From Bdellovibrionales bacterium (GTDB lineage: Bacteria; Bdellovibrionota; Bdellovibrionia; Bdellovibrionales; UBA1609), in assembly GCA_965242635.1 (NCBI GenBank), contig OZ251471.1:1893662-1957661 (forward strand): a stretch of DNA of 64,000 nucleotides, given 5' to 3'. Each line of letters starts with the position of its first letter. Position 1 is the stretch's first letter. Of the stretch, positions 9,404-20,092 are shown piece by piece. The position numbers and the translations under genes were made by a program. The notes under the pieces are model-generated. The model was not told the origin of the DNA, did no database searches, and was given only the letters and a program-made list of their open reading frames with translations.

Positions 9404-10816
9404 TTAGAAGGGGAGGGGGGGAGGGGGGCTTTCCTCCAAAGGGGGACTTTTCTCCACAGCTATGGGGATATCGTTTTCAAACAGGCCAAAACGGGGATCC
9501 CATTTCAGATGGACTTTGCCAGTGGGGCCGTTTCTCTGTTTGTTTAAAATCACCTCCGCCTTGCCTTTTTTGTCTGTCTCCGGATTATAGTAATCCTCCC
9601 GGTAAAGCATCATAATCACATCCGCGTCCTGCTCAATGGAGCCGGATTCCCTTAAGTCAGAAAGAAGAGGCCGGCGATTGGTCCGCCCCTCCACTCCCCG
9701 GTTGAGCTGGGAGAGAGCCAGAACAGGAATGCCAAGCTCTTTGGCTATGGACTTCAGCAATCTCGAGATCTCCGACACCTCTCTCTCCCGGCTCTCCATT
9801 TTTTCCTTGAGGCCCATAAGTTGCAGATAATCCACGATCAGCAGATCCAGGCCCTTGCGGGACTTGAGCCTTCGGGCACGGGACCGGACCTCAAAAGGGG
9901 AGAGAAAGGAGGAATCATCCACAAAAAAGGAGAGTTCGCTCAGTTTGGCACCGGCCAAAACCAAATTGTCCCAACTCTCAGAGGCAATTTGCCCTGTTCT
10001 TAAGTGGGACAAAGGCACTTTTCCAATGAGGGACAAAAGACGCATTAAAATTTGTTCTCTGGCCATCTCCACCGAAAAAAAAGCCACTTTTTTATTGTTC
10101 ATAGCGGCAGAAAGGGCAATGTTCAGGCTGAAAGCGGTTTTTCCCATGGAGGGACGGGCCGCGATAATGCTCAGCTCCCCTGGCTGAAACCCGGAAGTCA
10201 GGTGATCCAGCTCTGTAAAAGAGGAGGACACCCCTGTAACACTGATCTTTTTATGGTAAAGCTCCTCCAGCCTCTCCAGCCCCTCTTTCACCATGTCTGT
10301 AACAGGCAAAAGCTGGTTTTTTGTCAGATTTTCTGTAAACTGAAAAAGCTCCCTTTCCAAAGAATCAATAAAGCCGTCCAGCTTGGAAAAATCATGGCTC
10401 ATGGCCCTTTGTCGAAAGTGGCCACACAGGTGAATAATCTTTCTTAAAATGGATTTTTCCCTTATCAGGCGGGCACACTCCTCCGCACTCACCGGGGAGG
10501 CACTTTCTTCCGCCAACTCGGCCAGATAAAGAGAGCCCCCCACCCCTTCCAGCTTTTTTTCTTTTTTAAGAGCCTCTGAAAGGCTTAGGATGTCTGTGGC
10601 CTGCCCGCTTTCTTTATAAATGCGGGCCAGGCAGGCAAAAATATCTTTGTGGGCCTGTTTGTGAAAATCCTCCGGTTCCAAAACCTCCATGACCTCATCG
10701 TAGGTCCTGATCTGCCCCATAAGCAGAGCACCCAGAATAAAGCGCTCCCCATCAGGGCTAAAAGGCAGGTTTTTGTCCAAATCAGCAAAAGCGGATGGTT
10801 TTTGGGAAACAGGCAT
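9404..10816 (-). CDS. dnaB: Replicative DNA helicase
   Basis: AARPSMGKT, VDYLQL, LSQLNR and LRESGSIEQDAD motifs. Confidence 0.97.
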   Translation of the reverse strand: MPVSQKPSAFADLDKNLPFSPDGERFILGALLMGQIRTYDEVMEVLEPEDFHKQAHKDIFACLARIYKESGQATDILSLSEALKKEKKLEGVGGSLYLAELAEESASPVSAEECARLIREKSILRKIIHLCGHFRQRAMSHDFSKLDGFIDSLERELFQFTENLTKNQLLPVTDMVKEGLERLEELYHKKISVTGVSSSFTELDHLTSGFQPGELSIIAARPSMGKTAFSLNIALSAAMNNKKVAFFSVEMAREQILMRLLSLIGKVPLSHLRTGQIASESWDNLVLAGAKLSELSFFVDDSSFLSPFEVRSRARRLKSRKGLDLLIVDYLQLMGLKEKMESREREVSEISRLLKSIAKELGIPVLALSQLNRGVEGRTNRRPLLSDLRESGSIEQDADVIMMLYREDYYNPETDKKGKAEVILNKQRNGPTGKVHLKWDPRFGLFENDIPIAVEKSPPLEESPPPPLPF

Positions 10817-11048
10817 AAAAAAAATGTCCTTATAATGAAAAGAAAAAATAAAGGGATCAGGACTATAATCCTGATTTTTCTGCCAAGTCAACCCAAACCC
10901 TCAGGGGGCTTGTTTTTGCCCCGGCAGATTTTGATTAAGGCTGATGGGGGCCTGCTGGCACAGACTCTGGTCCTCTTCCCCGCCCCGGAGGCCCCGGAGT
11001 CAAAAATTGGACTTTTGTTATAGCCGTTCTTTATTTACAATATCACAC

Positions 11049-13253
11049 ATGACAAAAGAAAATGCTCCCGGATACCGAAAAGATATTGTTGGCATGCTCT
11101 ATCTGGCTTTGGCTTTGTTTCTCAGCCTGGCCCTTGGGAGCTACTATCCTTTGGATCCTTCTTTTAACTCTCTTGGCTCCCTTCAGCCGGCACAAAACCT
11201 TTGTGGCTATTTAGGTTCTTTTTCCTCTGATCTGCTGTATCAACTGCTGGGCCTTGGTGCCTGGATATTTGTCCTGCTGGCCCTTTATCAGGCCATGAGC
11301 CTGTTTCAACAAAGGGACAAAAGGCCACTTTTGTTTATCATGGCTTTCAGCCTCTTTGTCTCAACAGCCCTTTTGGACCTGCACCTGCCGGGAAAAAGCT
11401 TTTTTGAAGGGCATATTTATCCGGGGGGGCTTTTGGGAAGATATGTGATTAAAGCCAGCTCCCTCTATTTGCAAAGGGCAGGAAGTTATTTGGTTTTTTG
11501 GTCCTTGGCTTTGATATTGTTTGTGTGTGTCACCCGTATTTCCCTTTCGGCCCTGATGGTTCAGGGCTTGAGAGCTTTAAAGGCAAAAACAATCCAGGCC
11601 TTGAAAGGGGCCGGAAAAGAGGCCCGGCCCAGAACTTTTTTGGAAAAAACACTGTTTTTCAAAAAAGACCCAACTCCGGCAGAGGCAGAACAACCCTTTT
11701 TGTCGCCCTCCCAAGAGGAAAAAGCCCATTTTTTTCCAGAAGAGGTCAGGGGGGAAATATCTGTCACCCCCTCGGCATGGTTACTTCCGGAGACAGATCT
11801 GTTAAACGCCCCGGCCTCTCCTTTTTTAAGGCTCAGTGCGCAGGAAAATGAAGAGGACGCCCGCCGGCTTTTGGCCAAAATGGAGCAGTTTTCCATATCG
11901 GGGGAGATAACACATATCCGGTCAGGGCCTGTCATCACCCTTTTTGAATTCAAGCCTGAAGATCATATCAAGGTGGCCCGTATTTCACAGATGGAAGACG
12001 ACCTGATGATTGCTCTCAAGAGCAAGTCCATAAGGATTATTGCCCCCATCCCCGGCAAAGATGTGGTGGGTATTGAAACCGCTCATAACCACCGGCAAAC
12101 GGTGTATTTGAAAAACCTGCTGGAAGAGCCGGGCTTTTGGCAAAAAGCACCAGATCTCCCTTTGGTGCTGGGCCGGAGAGTGGATGGTTCGTCGGCTATC
12201 CAGGATTTGGCCAGAATTCCGCATTTAATGGTGGCGGGATCCACCGGTTCCGGAAAATCTGTCTTTATTTTGTCTTTTCTCATCAGTCTTTTGTTTCGCC
12301 ACAGCCCTGAAAGTTTACGAATCCTTATGGTGGACCCCAAGCAGGTGGACTTGAGTGCCTTTGCCGGTCTTCCGCACCTCCTGGCCCCTCCCATCAGGGA
12401 ATCCAAAGAGGCCGTGCTGGCTCTTCAGTGGTGCTTGAGTGAGATGCAAAAAAGGTATCGCTCTCTTTCCCGCTTTCAGGCCCGCGATCTCAACAGTTTT
12501 AACGATAAGGCAAAAAAACTGGATCCGGAGGAGAGGAAAAAACATGAAGAGGAATCTTCTGCCTGTTCTGAAGAGGACAGTTATTACTTTGCTCCACAGC
12601 CTTATATTTTGATTGTGTTGGAGGAGTTTGGGGATCTGATGAGCTCACCGGAGAGAAGTCGTGTGGAGACTTTTGTGGTGAGGCTGGCACAGATGGCCAG
12701 GGCCTGTGGCATGCATTTGATTTTATCCATGCAAAGCCCCCGGAAAGATGTGGTGACGGGGCTTATCAAGACCAATATTCCCGGCCGTATCAGTTTTAAA
12801 GTGTCCAGCCGAATTGACTCCCGCATCATATTGGATGAAGGGGGGGCGGAGAGGCTTTTGGCTCAGGGGGATATGCTTTATCTGGGGCCGGGGCAGTCCC
12901 GCCCTGTCCGGCACCACGGGCCTTTTGTGAAAGAGGAGGAGGTGCTGGCGGTGGTGGATTTTTGGAAAGCACAGGGAAAAGAAGACGCCAGGCCTGATTT
13001 ACACTTTACTCCAGTTGTGGAAAAGCCGTCCCTTTTTGGCGGAGCACTTAAAGAGGATATGGGAGAGGATCACACATACGGGGAGATCTTTAATTATGTG
13101 TCGGAGTTAAAAGAGGTGAGTGCCTCTCATCTTCAGAGAAAATACGGCTTGGGTTATCCCAGAGCGGCCCGCTTTATCGATAAGCTGGAGGAGGAAGGGG
13201 TGATAGGCCCTGCCCGCGGAAGCCGACCCCGCGAAGTGCTGTCACATAAATAA
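11049..13253 (+). CDS. ftsK: DNA translocase FtsK
   Basis: N-terminal TM domain, AGSTGSGKS, DSRIILDEGGAE and a gamma domain (ASHLQRKYGLGYPRAA). Confidence 0.96.
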   Translation: MTKENAPGYRKDIVGMLYLALALFLSLALGSYYPLDPSFNSLGSLQPAQNLCGYLGSFSSDLLYQLLGLGAWIFVLLALYQAMSLFQQRDKRPLLFIMAFSLFVSTALLDLHLPGKSFFEGHIYPGGLLGRYVIKASSLYLQRAGSYLVFWSLALILFVCVTRISLSALMVQGLRALKAKTIQALKGAGKEARPRTFLEKTLFFKKDPTPAEAEQPFLSPSQEEKAHFFPEEVRGEISVTPSAWLLPETDLLNAPASPFLRLSAQENEEDARRLLAKMEQFSISGEITHIRSGPVITLFEFKPEDHIKVARISQMEDDLMIALKSKSIRIIAPIPGKDVVGIETAHNHRQTVYLKNLLEEPGFWQKAPDLPLVLGRRVDGSSAIQDLARIPHLMVAGSTGSGKSVFILSFLISLLFRHSPESLRILMVDPKQVDLSAFAGLPHLLAPPIRESKEAVLALQWCLSEMQKRYRSLSRFQARDLNSFNDKAKKLDPEERKKHEEESSACSEEDSYYFAPQPYILIVLEEFGDLMSSPERSRVETFVVRLAQMARACGMHLILSMQSPRKDVVTGLIKTNIPGRISFKVSSRIDSRIILDEGGAERLLAQGDMLYLGPGQSRPVRHHGPFVKEEEVLAVVDFWKAQGKEDARPDLHFTPVVEKPSLFGGALKEDMGEDHTYGEIFNYVSELKEVSASHLQRKYGLGYPRAARFIDKLEEEGVIGPARGSRPREVLSHK

Positions 13254-13297
13254 ACCAATTCATTCTTCAGTCTTTTTTCTCAACCAAGTCAAATCAC

Positions 13298-14245
13298 TCA
13301 TTGATACATTGTCAAACAAGCATGTTCAATGTCCTTCTTGATCTGCCGGCACAAAGCCTCAGCATGAGAAAACTTTTTTTCCGGACGAATATAAGAAACC
13401 AACTCCACCTCACACTCTTTTCTTCTCCAGGGTTTTTTCCAACCCATAATATGCACCTCTGTTTTCCACTGAGAGCCTTCAGAGGCAAAAGTGGGGTTAA
13501 AACCCATGTTCAAAACCGCCGGCCATTTTTTGTTCCCCTCCAGAACAAAAGCCTTATACACCCCCCGTGCCGGCTGAAGAACATTTTTGTCGCATTCCAT
13601 ATTGATGGTCGGAAAGCCCCATTTTTTTCCCCGTCCCTTTCCTTTCACCACCCGGCCCCTCAAAGAAAAATAACGGCCCAAGAGAGCCGGCACCTGATCC
13701 CACCGGCCCTTCAACACCAACTCTTTTATGGCCGTGGAAGAAACCACCCGGCCAGCCTTTTTTAAAGGAGCTATCACTTTCAGCTGAAAGGAATATTTTT
13801 TTTGCATGTCCCGCAGAAGGGCAATGGAACCTTGCCGGCCGGCACCAAAACGAAAGTCCGGCCCCACCACAACCCATTCCGGTTGAAAGGGGTCCAGAAT
13901 ATGTTTTCTTATAAATTCCTCAGGCAAAAGGCTGGCAAAAGACCGGGTGAAAGCTTTGACGACCAAATGATCCAAATCAAAAGCCCGCACAAGCTCCCGG
14001 CTTTTTTTTAAGGAGCAAAGCAGTTGATGATTTTTTTCCGGAAACAAAAATTGAGCCGGATGAGGATCAAAAGTATATAGAAATGCCGGTCCCCCTGCCC
14101 TTTGGGCATGGCGAAGGGTGGCATTGATGAGCTGTTTGTGCCCCAAATGCACCCCATCAAAGTTACCAATGGTAATAGCCCCCACCCGCACCGACTTTGC
14201 AACACGGGATCCGGCTCCACTCTCAGTCACAACAGAACCAAACAC
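13298..14245 (-). CDS. ribF: Bifunctional riboflavin kinase/FAD synthetase
   Basis: GNFDGVHLGH, SST, GFPTIN and IRPEKKF motifs. Confidence 0.95.
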   Translation of the reverse strand: MFGSVVTESGAGSRVAKSVRVGAITIGNFDGVHLGHKQLINATLRHAQRAGGPAFLYTFDPHPAQFLFPEKNHQLLCSLKKSRELVRAFDLDHLVVKAFTRSFASLLPEEFIRKHILDPFQPEWVVVGPDFRFGAGRQGSIALLRDMQKKYSFQLKVIAPLKKAGRVVSSTAIKELVLKGRWDQVPALLGRYFSLRGRVVKGKGRGKKWGFPTINMECDKNVLQPARGVYKAFVLEGNKKWPAVLNMGFNPTFASEGSQWKTEVHIMGWKKPWRRKECEVELVSYIRPEKKFSHAEALCRQIKKDIEHACLTMYQ

Positions 14246-14285
14246 ATTTCAGGAACCCATAACTGTCAAAAAAAATGACAAGGGC

Positions 14286-14732
14286 CTATTTCTTTTGTGT
14301 CGCTGGTGCAGGAACCGGAGTGGCTGAAACCGGCTTTTCTGCTGACGCAGGGGCTGGGACCGCCGCAGTGGGCTTGACTTTGCCTTTGCCAGCCTTGTCA
14401 GCTGAATCAGCGGGCTTGGCCCCTGTTTTGTCGTCCTTCTTGTCAGTTTCAGCGGGCTTGGCACCGGCTCCCTTGTCTGTGGCTTTTTTGTCCTCCCCGG
14501 CAGGGCTGGCTTTTTCCGCTTTGCCACTGTCCTTGGAGTCCTCAGCACAACAGGCTTTTTTGTCTTTGCCCTTGCATGCTTTTTCTTTCTCTTTGCCCTT
14601 CAGGCCCTTGCAGGAACGGCCCTCTTTGTGCTTATGGGCTTTATCCCCTTTGCCACAGGCACCACAGTCCGCCTGAGCCAAAGGCACAAACATCATGGCA
14701 GACAATATCAGTAAAAAAAGACTTTGTTTCAT
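14286..14732 (-). CDS. Secreted Lys/Ala/Asp-rich low-complexity protein with N-terminal Cys/His
   Basis: Signal peptide, GGAGG SD, CGAC/HKH/CC residues. Confidence 0.8.
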   Translation of the reverse strand: MKQSLFLLILSAMMFVPLAQADCGACGKGDKAHKHKEGRSCKGLKGKEKEKACKGKDKKACCAEDSKDSGKAEKASPAGEDKKATDKGAGAKPAETDKKDDKTGAKPADSADKAGKGKVKPTAAVPAPASAEKPVSATPVPAPATQKK

Positions 14733-14850
14733 GGGTTTTCCTCCTTATTGTTTTTGGATAATGGGTTTCTCAGGATCAAACAAGCCCGGACTCTACACTC
14801 AACAGACCCCTTTGGCAACCAAAAAAAAGACATTTTGTTTTAGGCCCCCT

Positions 14851-17019
14851 TTAATTTATTTCTGTGGCCCGTTGAGCCGTAAACTCCAGGACCCGTGGAG
14901 TCAAAAAGAGCAACAGCTCATTTTTTTGCTGATCTCTGGTGAATCGGGCAAAAAGCAGGTTCAGGATGGGTATATGCCTTAAAATGGGAAAACCCTCCTC
15001 CCCTTTCTGCTCATCATATTGGTAGATGCCACCAATAACCACTGTCTGGCCATTATTGACCAACACTTTGGTTTTGGCCGAACGGGTAAATTTGGGCCTG
15101 GCCCGTGTCACCGTCTCTCTGGCTCCAAAAAACTGCCTTGTTACATCTATATCCATAAAAATGGAACCGAGAGAAGTGATATTGGGGGTGACCTTAAAGC
15201 TCAAATCCGCGGTGTCCCTTTCCGCTGTGGTGCTTGTTTCCTGAGCTGTTGTGGTCGTCTTGGGGCTTATGGACTCAGAGCTTTGGTTGATGGTGGCTGT
15301 CTCCCCATTTAACACCAACACACGGGGTGCACTGATAACTCGTGCCTCCCCCTCCACTTCCGAAAGCCCCAGATCAATGTCCAGATCCCCAAAAGGGGCA
15401 AAAAACAGATTCAGGCTGGTGTTGGCTGTGCTACCCCCCGCACTGTCACTGGCAAATATATTCAAGCCCCCATCCACATTCAGGGCCAGATCGGTACCTT
15501 CAAACATGGAGAGGTCTGTCCCTTCGTAATCCCAGCTGACCCCCAGGTCCCGCACAAAATCTTCACGGGCCTCCACCACCTTGGCTTCAATCATAACCTG
15601 CGTGGGGGATCGGTCCAGATTTTTCACCATGGCTTCGATTCGTTTAATGGCTTTTTCCGTATCCACCACAATAAGGGAGTTGCTTTGTGTGTCCACCACC
15701 ACTTTCCCTCGTGTTTGCCCTCCCCTTCCCTGAGCACCGCCTTCCGTTTTGGACAAAAAAAGATCGGCATGCTTTTTTATGTCTCCGGCCTTTGCGTACT
15801 CTATGGGGATTACTTTGACTTTCATGTCTTCCAGCACCTTTTGTTTTTCCAGCATTTTCTGCATGGCCTCCTGATGTGTCCTTAAAGAGGCCAGTTTCAT
15901 GATGCGAATCACATTGCCTTCCCGCACATAACCCAGCTTTTTTGTTTTCATCACTGTGATCAGAGCCTGATCCCAAGGCACATTCCTGAGCTTGATGCTG
16001 ATATTGCCAGAGACCTCCTCATCCAATACCATGTTCAGGCCAGTGCCTTCAGAAATAAAATAAAGAGCGTCCCGGACATCCACCTGCTTAAAGTGGATGG
16101 AAATGGGCCGGCCCGTAAAACGGGGAGTTTTGAGAAAAAATTCCTCCAGCGATTTGGCTGGCAAGACCTCGCCTGCCATATCGCCCCCTACACCAGTGCC
16201 TTCCTCCAGATCCCCATCTGTTGTATCCGCTGGCCCGGCCAAAGTGCCGGGGCCTCCACCACCCATCGGGGATATGATCAGAGAACCCCCTTCCCCCACT
16301 TCCAAAGAAGGCATGGAGGCATTTTCCCTCATTTGCACCACAATCCGCACAGTGGAGCTGTCCTTTTGATCCGCTTGAATTAAGGCCATATCGGTATTAA
16401 AATCCTTCATGACAAAAGGCCTCTCCCTCAAACCCTCCGATAAAACAGCATTGTCAATTTCCACAATAAATTGATTGTTGGCTGTGTTCTCCCTTTGTTG
16501 ATGGGAAAGATGACCTGTGCCATCAATGTAGATTTTATTTTCTCCGGCAGAATAGCGGATATGGTTGACCACCACTGTTTCGCCTGTGGATACCGCCTCC
16601 GAATCTTCTTCTTCCTGCTGAACCACATCGTCCTCTGTGGCCTCTTCCGTTTCTGCAGTGCCCTCTTCAACCTGGCCTCCTTCGGCCACCTCTGTTCTCT
16701 CTGGGCCACCCTCTTCTTCCAGCAGATCTTCATCCTCTTCATCCAGCTCCACCACATCGTCCTCATCCGAATCCACCGGCTTCTCCGCCACCTGGTCTTC
16801 AGCCCCCTCCTCTGAAGGAAAACTCTCTTCAGCCATTTCTTTTTCAAAATCCTCTGAGTCGGCAAACTCACTTTCCAAGTCTTCTTCCTCAGTGCCATCC
16901 GAGATCACATCCCCCACCAACTCCTCCCCCGGAGGCTGGGCTTTGTCCCCCTCCAACCGGGTGGTTCGACAGGAAACAAGAGACAGAAAAACAAATAAAA
17001 TAACAAGACAGAATTTCAT
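14851..17019 (-). CDS. pilQ: Type IV pilus secretin PilQ (lipoprotein signal, acidic linker, AMIN-like domain)
   Basis: VPWDQAL, QVMIEAKVVE, NGQTVVIGG and ELLLFLTPR motifs. Confidence 0.95.
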   Translation of the reverse strand: MKFCLVILFVFLSLVSCRTTRLEGDKAQPPGEELVGDVISDGTEEEDLESEFADSEDFEKEMAEESFPSEEGAEDQVAEKPVDSDEDDVVELDEEDEDLLEEEGGPERTEVAEGGQVEEGTAETEEATEDDVVQQEEEDSEAVSTGETVVVNHIRYSAGENKIYIDGTGHLSHQQRENTANNQFIVEIDNAVLSEGLRERPFVMKDFNTDMALIQADQKDSSTVRIVVQMRENASMPSLEVGEGGSLIISPMGGGGPGTLAGPADTTDGDLEEGTGVGGDMAGEVLPAKSLEEFFLKTPRFTGRPISIHFKQVDVRDALYFISEGTGLNMVLDEEVSGNISIKLRNVPWDQALITVMKTKKLGYVREGNVIRIMKLASLRTHQEAMQKMLEKQKVLEDMKVKVIPIEYAKAGDIKKHADLFLSKTEGGAQGRGGQTRGKVVVDTQSNSLIVVDTEKAIKRIEAMVKNLDRSPTQVMIEAKVVEAREDFVRDLGVSWDYEGTDLSMFEGTDLALNVDGGLNIFASDSAGGSTANTSLNLFFAPFGDLDIDLGLSEVEGEARVISAPRVLVLNGETATINQSSESISPKTTTTAQETSTTAERDTADLSFKVTPNITSLGSIFMDIDVTRQFFGARETVTRARPKFTRSAKTKVLVNNGQTVVIGGIYQYDEQKGEEGFPILRHIPILNLLFARFTRDQQKNELLLFLTPRVLEFTAQRATEIN

Positions 17020-17201
17020 TATGGCGGGGAGCTTATCATAAAGCTCCCACCGAATGGTAGACTTATTTTTGTTTTTTTAAAAATTAGACACACTATGTTA
17101 TTTTTGTGTCAACAATAATGCCTGCTGTGATTTTGAAGGCTCGCCACCCAAGGGGAAAACAGGCCAAAGCCTCTGTCAAAAAAGAAAGTTGGTGGCTTGG
17201 A

Positions 17202-18845
17202 TCACTGGTGGGCTTTTTTGGCCATCTGTGTCACTTTTTGTTTTATCCCCTTAATGTCAGCCGGCCTGTAACCGGTCAGAGCTTGTTCTTGAGGGGACGA
17301 CAGTGTGTTGTTGTGGCTCGCACTGGCCGGTTTTCTTTTTTCCTTTGTCGTAGTGGGAGAAGCTTTCCTGCCAAGCTCTGATTTCTTTTTATTCGGAGTG
17401 CTTTTATAACGATCCAATCGCATAATAATGGGTTCGTAAGCCTTTTCCGTCCCGGAAGAGGAGCCTACCATAAAGCGAGGCTCCAGCACCACCACTTCGT
17501 CCCCACCCAAGCGGTAAATCACAGCCCCCTTGCTCCCAATACGATCATTTACCTGCAGATAATGCAATTCGTTATCCGGTGTGCGAAACATGGCTTTGGA
17601 TCGGCCCAAACCGCTGTTCCATTTCATGCCCACCAGTTTTATTTCATTCAGGTCATACCCGCTGGTGGCATGATTTAACACTTCCAGGCGCTCCACCTCT
17701 TCCCCTTTTGGGCGAAAGGGAATAAAAGGATCTCTTCTGTCAGAGGAATCATATTGATAGTCACTCAGCATTTTGTGAATCTCCAAAACTCTTTGGTTCA
17801 CATCTGTCAATTCGTTGGACACAGTCGCACTGGATCCCGGTTGTTTTCCCGGCTCTGTGACTGATTTCAAGGCTTTGTTGAGTTTGTTGCTGTTACCTGA
17901 CACGGCAGGAGGGGAGGGAACAGGCAGGTTGTCTGAGGCCAGCCCCCGATTCCCTTCCCCTGCTGGCACTCCCTCCGCCGGGGAGGGGGAGACTTGAGCC
18001 TCTTTATGGCCGGCTGTATTGGCAGGATCAGAATCCACCACATCAGCTTGGTTATTATTGGCTGTGGCTTTTTGGCCGGGCTGAGCAGAGTCAGGTGCCA
18101 CTACCGCTTTGTCCTGGTTGGCAGGGGCTTGGGTGTCGGCGGGCCGGGCAGGGCCTGTCTGGTTATTGTTGGCCGTGGCTTTTGGGCCGGGCAGGGCAGG
18201 GCCCACTTGGTTATTGTCGGCCGTGGCTTTTTGGCCGGGCTGAGCAGAGTCAGGTGCCACTACCGCTTTGTCCTGGTTGGCAGGGGCTTGGGTGTCGGCG
18301 GGCTGAGCAGGGCCTGTCTGGTTATTGTTGGCCGTGGCTTTTTGGCCGGGCTGAGCAGAGTCAGGTGCCACTACCACTTTGTCTTGGTTGGCCGTGGCTT
18401 TTTGGCCGGCGGGCTGGGCAGAGTCAGGTGCCACTACCACTTTGTCTTGGTTGGCCGTGGCTTTTTGGCCGGCGGGCTGGGCAGAGTCAGGTGCCACTAC
18501 CGTTTTGTTCTGGTTGGCAGGGGCTTGGGTGTCGGCGGGCTGGGCAGGGCCCGCTTGGTTATTGTTGTTGGCCGTGGCTTGGGGGCCGGGCTGAGCAGAG
18601 TCAGGTGCCAATGCCGTTTTGTTCTGGTTGGCAGGGGCTTGGGTGTCGGCGGGCTGGGTTTGCCTGGCTTTTTGTGGAGCTGTTTGGGTGGTTGAAGGCG
18701 AACCGGGTTGGCCCTGCTGAGGCCTGGCCTCTGATCGCTCCTCTGCCATCGCACCCTTTGGCAAAGCTGTCCAAAGCCACATGGAAAAAAACAGAGCTAT
18801 AAGGCCCACATTCAAGTAAAGAAAAGTGGGGAAAAATATTTTCAT
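17202..18845 (-). CDS. pilP: PilP-like protein with a long repeat-expanded N-terminal region
   Basis: YDSSDRRDPF motif followed by a PilP-type beta domain; lies between pilO and pilQ. Confidence 0.85.
   Translation of the reverse strand: MKIFFPTFLYLNVGLIALFFSMWLWTALPKGAMAEERSEARPQQGQPGSPSTTQTAPQKARQTQPADTQAPANQNKTALAPDSAQPGPQATANNNNQAGPAQPADTQAPANQNKTVVAPDSAQPAGQKATANQDKVVVAPDSAQPAGQKATANQDKVVVAPDSAQPGQKATANNNQTGPAQPADTQAPANQDKAVVAPDSAQPGQKATADNNQVGPALPGPKATANNNQTGPARPADTQAPANQDKAVVAPDSAQPGQKATANNNQADVVDSDPANTAGHKEAQVSPSPAEGVPAGEGNRGLASDNLPVPSPPAVSGNSNKLNKALKSVTEPGKQPGSSATVSNELTDVNQRVLEIHKMLSDYQYDSSDRRDPFIPFRPKGEEVERLEVLNHATSGYDLNEIKLVGMKWNSGLGRSKAMFRTPDNELHYLQVNDRIGSKGAVIYRLGGDEVVVLEPRFMVGSSSGTEKAYEPIIMRLDRYKSTPNKKKSELGRKASPTTTKEKRKPASASHNNTLSSPQEQALTGYRPADIKGIKQKVTQMAKKAHQ
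18048..18660. repeat. Mosaic tandem repeats in pilP (VVAPDSAQP, GQKATAN and PADTQAPANQ modules)
   Basis: Near-identical DNA modules such as gcagagtcaggtgccactacc recur about six times in varying order. Confidence 0.95.
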
Positions 18846-18848
18846 GGC

Positions 18849-19451
18849 TTAACCTCCTTTGTTTGATATTTCCTGATCCTGTGTGACTATGATAGGGGTA
18901 ATATATCTATAGCCGTAAATATCCATTCTCATTTTTACTTCGCGCCGGCCTTTTTGGGCCAGCTCCTCCATGGTAAAACTCTCCACAGTGATAATTTCTG
19001 TCAGGCTGGTGAGCTTGGAGAGGAAAATCAAAATTTGGGTAAAAAGCCCTCTCACCGTCACACTGACTTTTAATTTTTCATAAAATTCCTTTTTTTCCGA
19101 CACTCTGTGGTTGACAATGTTTTCCAGCTCCACTCCAGAGGATCGGGCTTTTTCGTTCAAGTGGTTTAAAATCATGGAGGAGCTGACCTTATCCGGTATA
19201 AATTTCAAAAACTTGTTAATCTCATCCCCCATCAGATTCATGGCTTTATCCATATCCTGCAGGCGATTTAGCTCCCCTTTCAGCTCCTCCACTTTTTGCT
19301 GAGCTGTCTGTTTTTGTGTTTCCAGGTCGTTAATTTCCGACTGAACACTCTCTCCTTTATCATATTTAAAAACATAATACAACCCCGCCACCCCTCCACT
19401 CAGGATAATGACAACACCTATGCTCAGCTGAGAAAAAAGTTTAAACCACAT
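18849..19451 (-). CDS. pilO: Type IV pilus protein PilO
   Basis: TM, coiled coil, KEFYEKL and IITVESF; operon position. Confidence 0.9.
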   Translation of the reverse strand: MWFKLFSQLSIGVVIILSGGVAGLYYVFKYDKGESVQSEINDLETQKQTAQQKVEELKGELNRLQDMDKAMNLMGDEINKFLKFIPDKVSSSMILNHLNEKARSSGVELENIVNHRVSEKKEFYEKLKVSVTVRGLFTQILIFLSKLTSLTEIITVESFTMEELAQKGRREVKMRMDIYGYRYITPIIVTQDQEISNKGG

Positions 19452-19452
19452 G

Positions 19453-20067
19453 TCAATTTAGTGTACTTGTTACAGTAAAGTTTCTTCTTTTGAGCCTTTT
19501 TGCGTTTCTGTCCTCCTCCACCCTGTCCAGATTCACAGAGGCAAAAGGGCTGTCCTCCTCCAATTCCTTCACAAAATTCTGAATTTGCCTGTTTGTAGTG
19601 CTACTGCCTGTAATTTCAAACTTCCGGTTGTTAAAAGCCACTTTTTTCAACCACACCTCTTCGGGTATGACATTCTGTATGTGATCCAGACCGTTAATGG
19701 CCGACAGACGGTTGTTGGCAATGTTCTGCATGATATTCAGTTTGTTGTTGAATTCCTTGGATCTTTCCTTCATGTGTCCAAAGGCATTCACCTGATTCTG
19801 TATTTCTTTTTGTTGTTCCTGTAATTCGCTCAGCTCCCCACTGACCAGGGCTTTGTCTGCCTGCAACTGTTCCAAGTTTTGTTTTTCAACATACTTCAAT
19901 ACCAAAACCCCCACAAAGCAAAAAGCCACCCGGAACAAAAAGCCCACCAAATCCCTGGGGTCTATTTTTATTTTTGAAAACAAGGAAGTTTTTTCCTCCA
20001 TAAAAATATCTTCATCCATGTTGTCCATCACTGTTTCCGCTTTGGTTTTTCTGAGATCCAATTTCAT
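19453..20067 (-). CDS. pilN: Type IV pilus protein PilN
   Basis: TM, coiled coil and IPEEVWL motif. Confidence 0.9.
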   Translation of the reverse strand: MKLDLRKTKAETVMDNMDEDIFMEEKTSLFSKIKIDPRDLVGFLFRVAFCFVGVLVLKYVEKQNLEQLQADKALVSGELSELQEQQKEIQNQVNAFGHMKERSKEFNNKLNIMQNIANNRLSAINGLDHIQNVIPEEVWLKKVAFNNRKFEITGSSTTNRQIQNFVKELEEDSPFASVNLDRVEEDRNAKRLKRRNFTVTSTLN

Positions 20068-20092
20068 TTTTTCCTCCTTGTTTGTTGTTTAT

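Noticed and set aside
17023-17051. Hairpin just upstream of pilQ as a riboswitch
   Set aside because: A single imperfect stem with no aptamer features
17994-18802. Long plus-strand ORFs of 233 and 235 aa
   Set aside because: Antisense shadows of the pilP repeats
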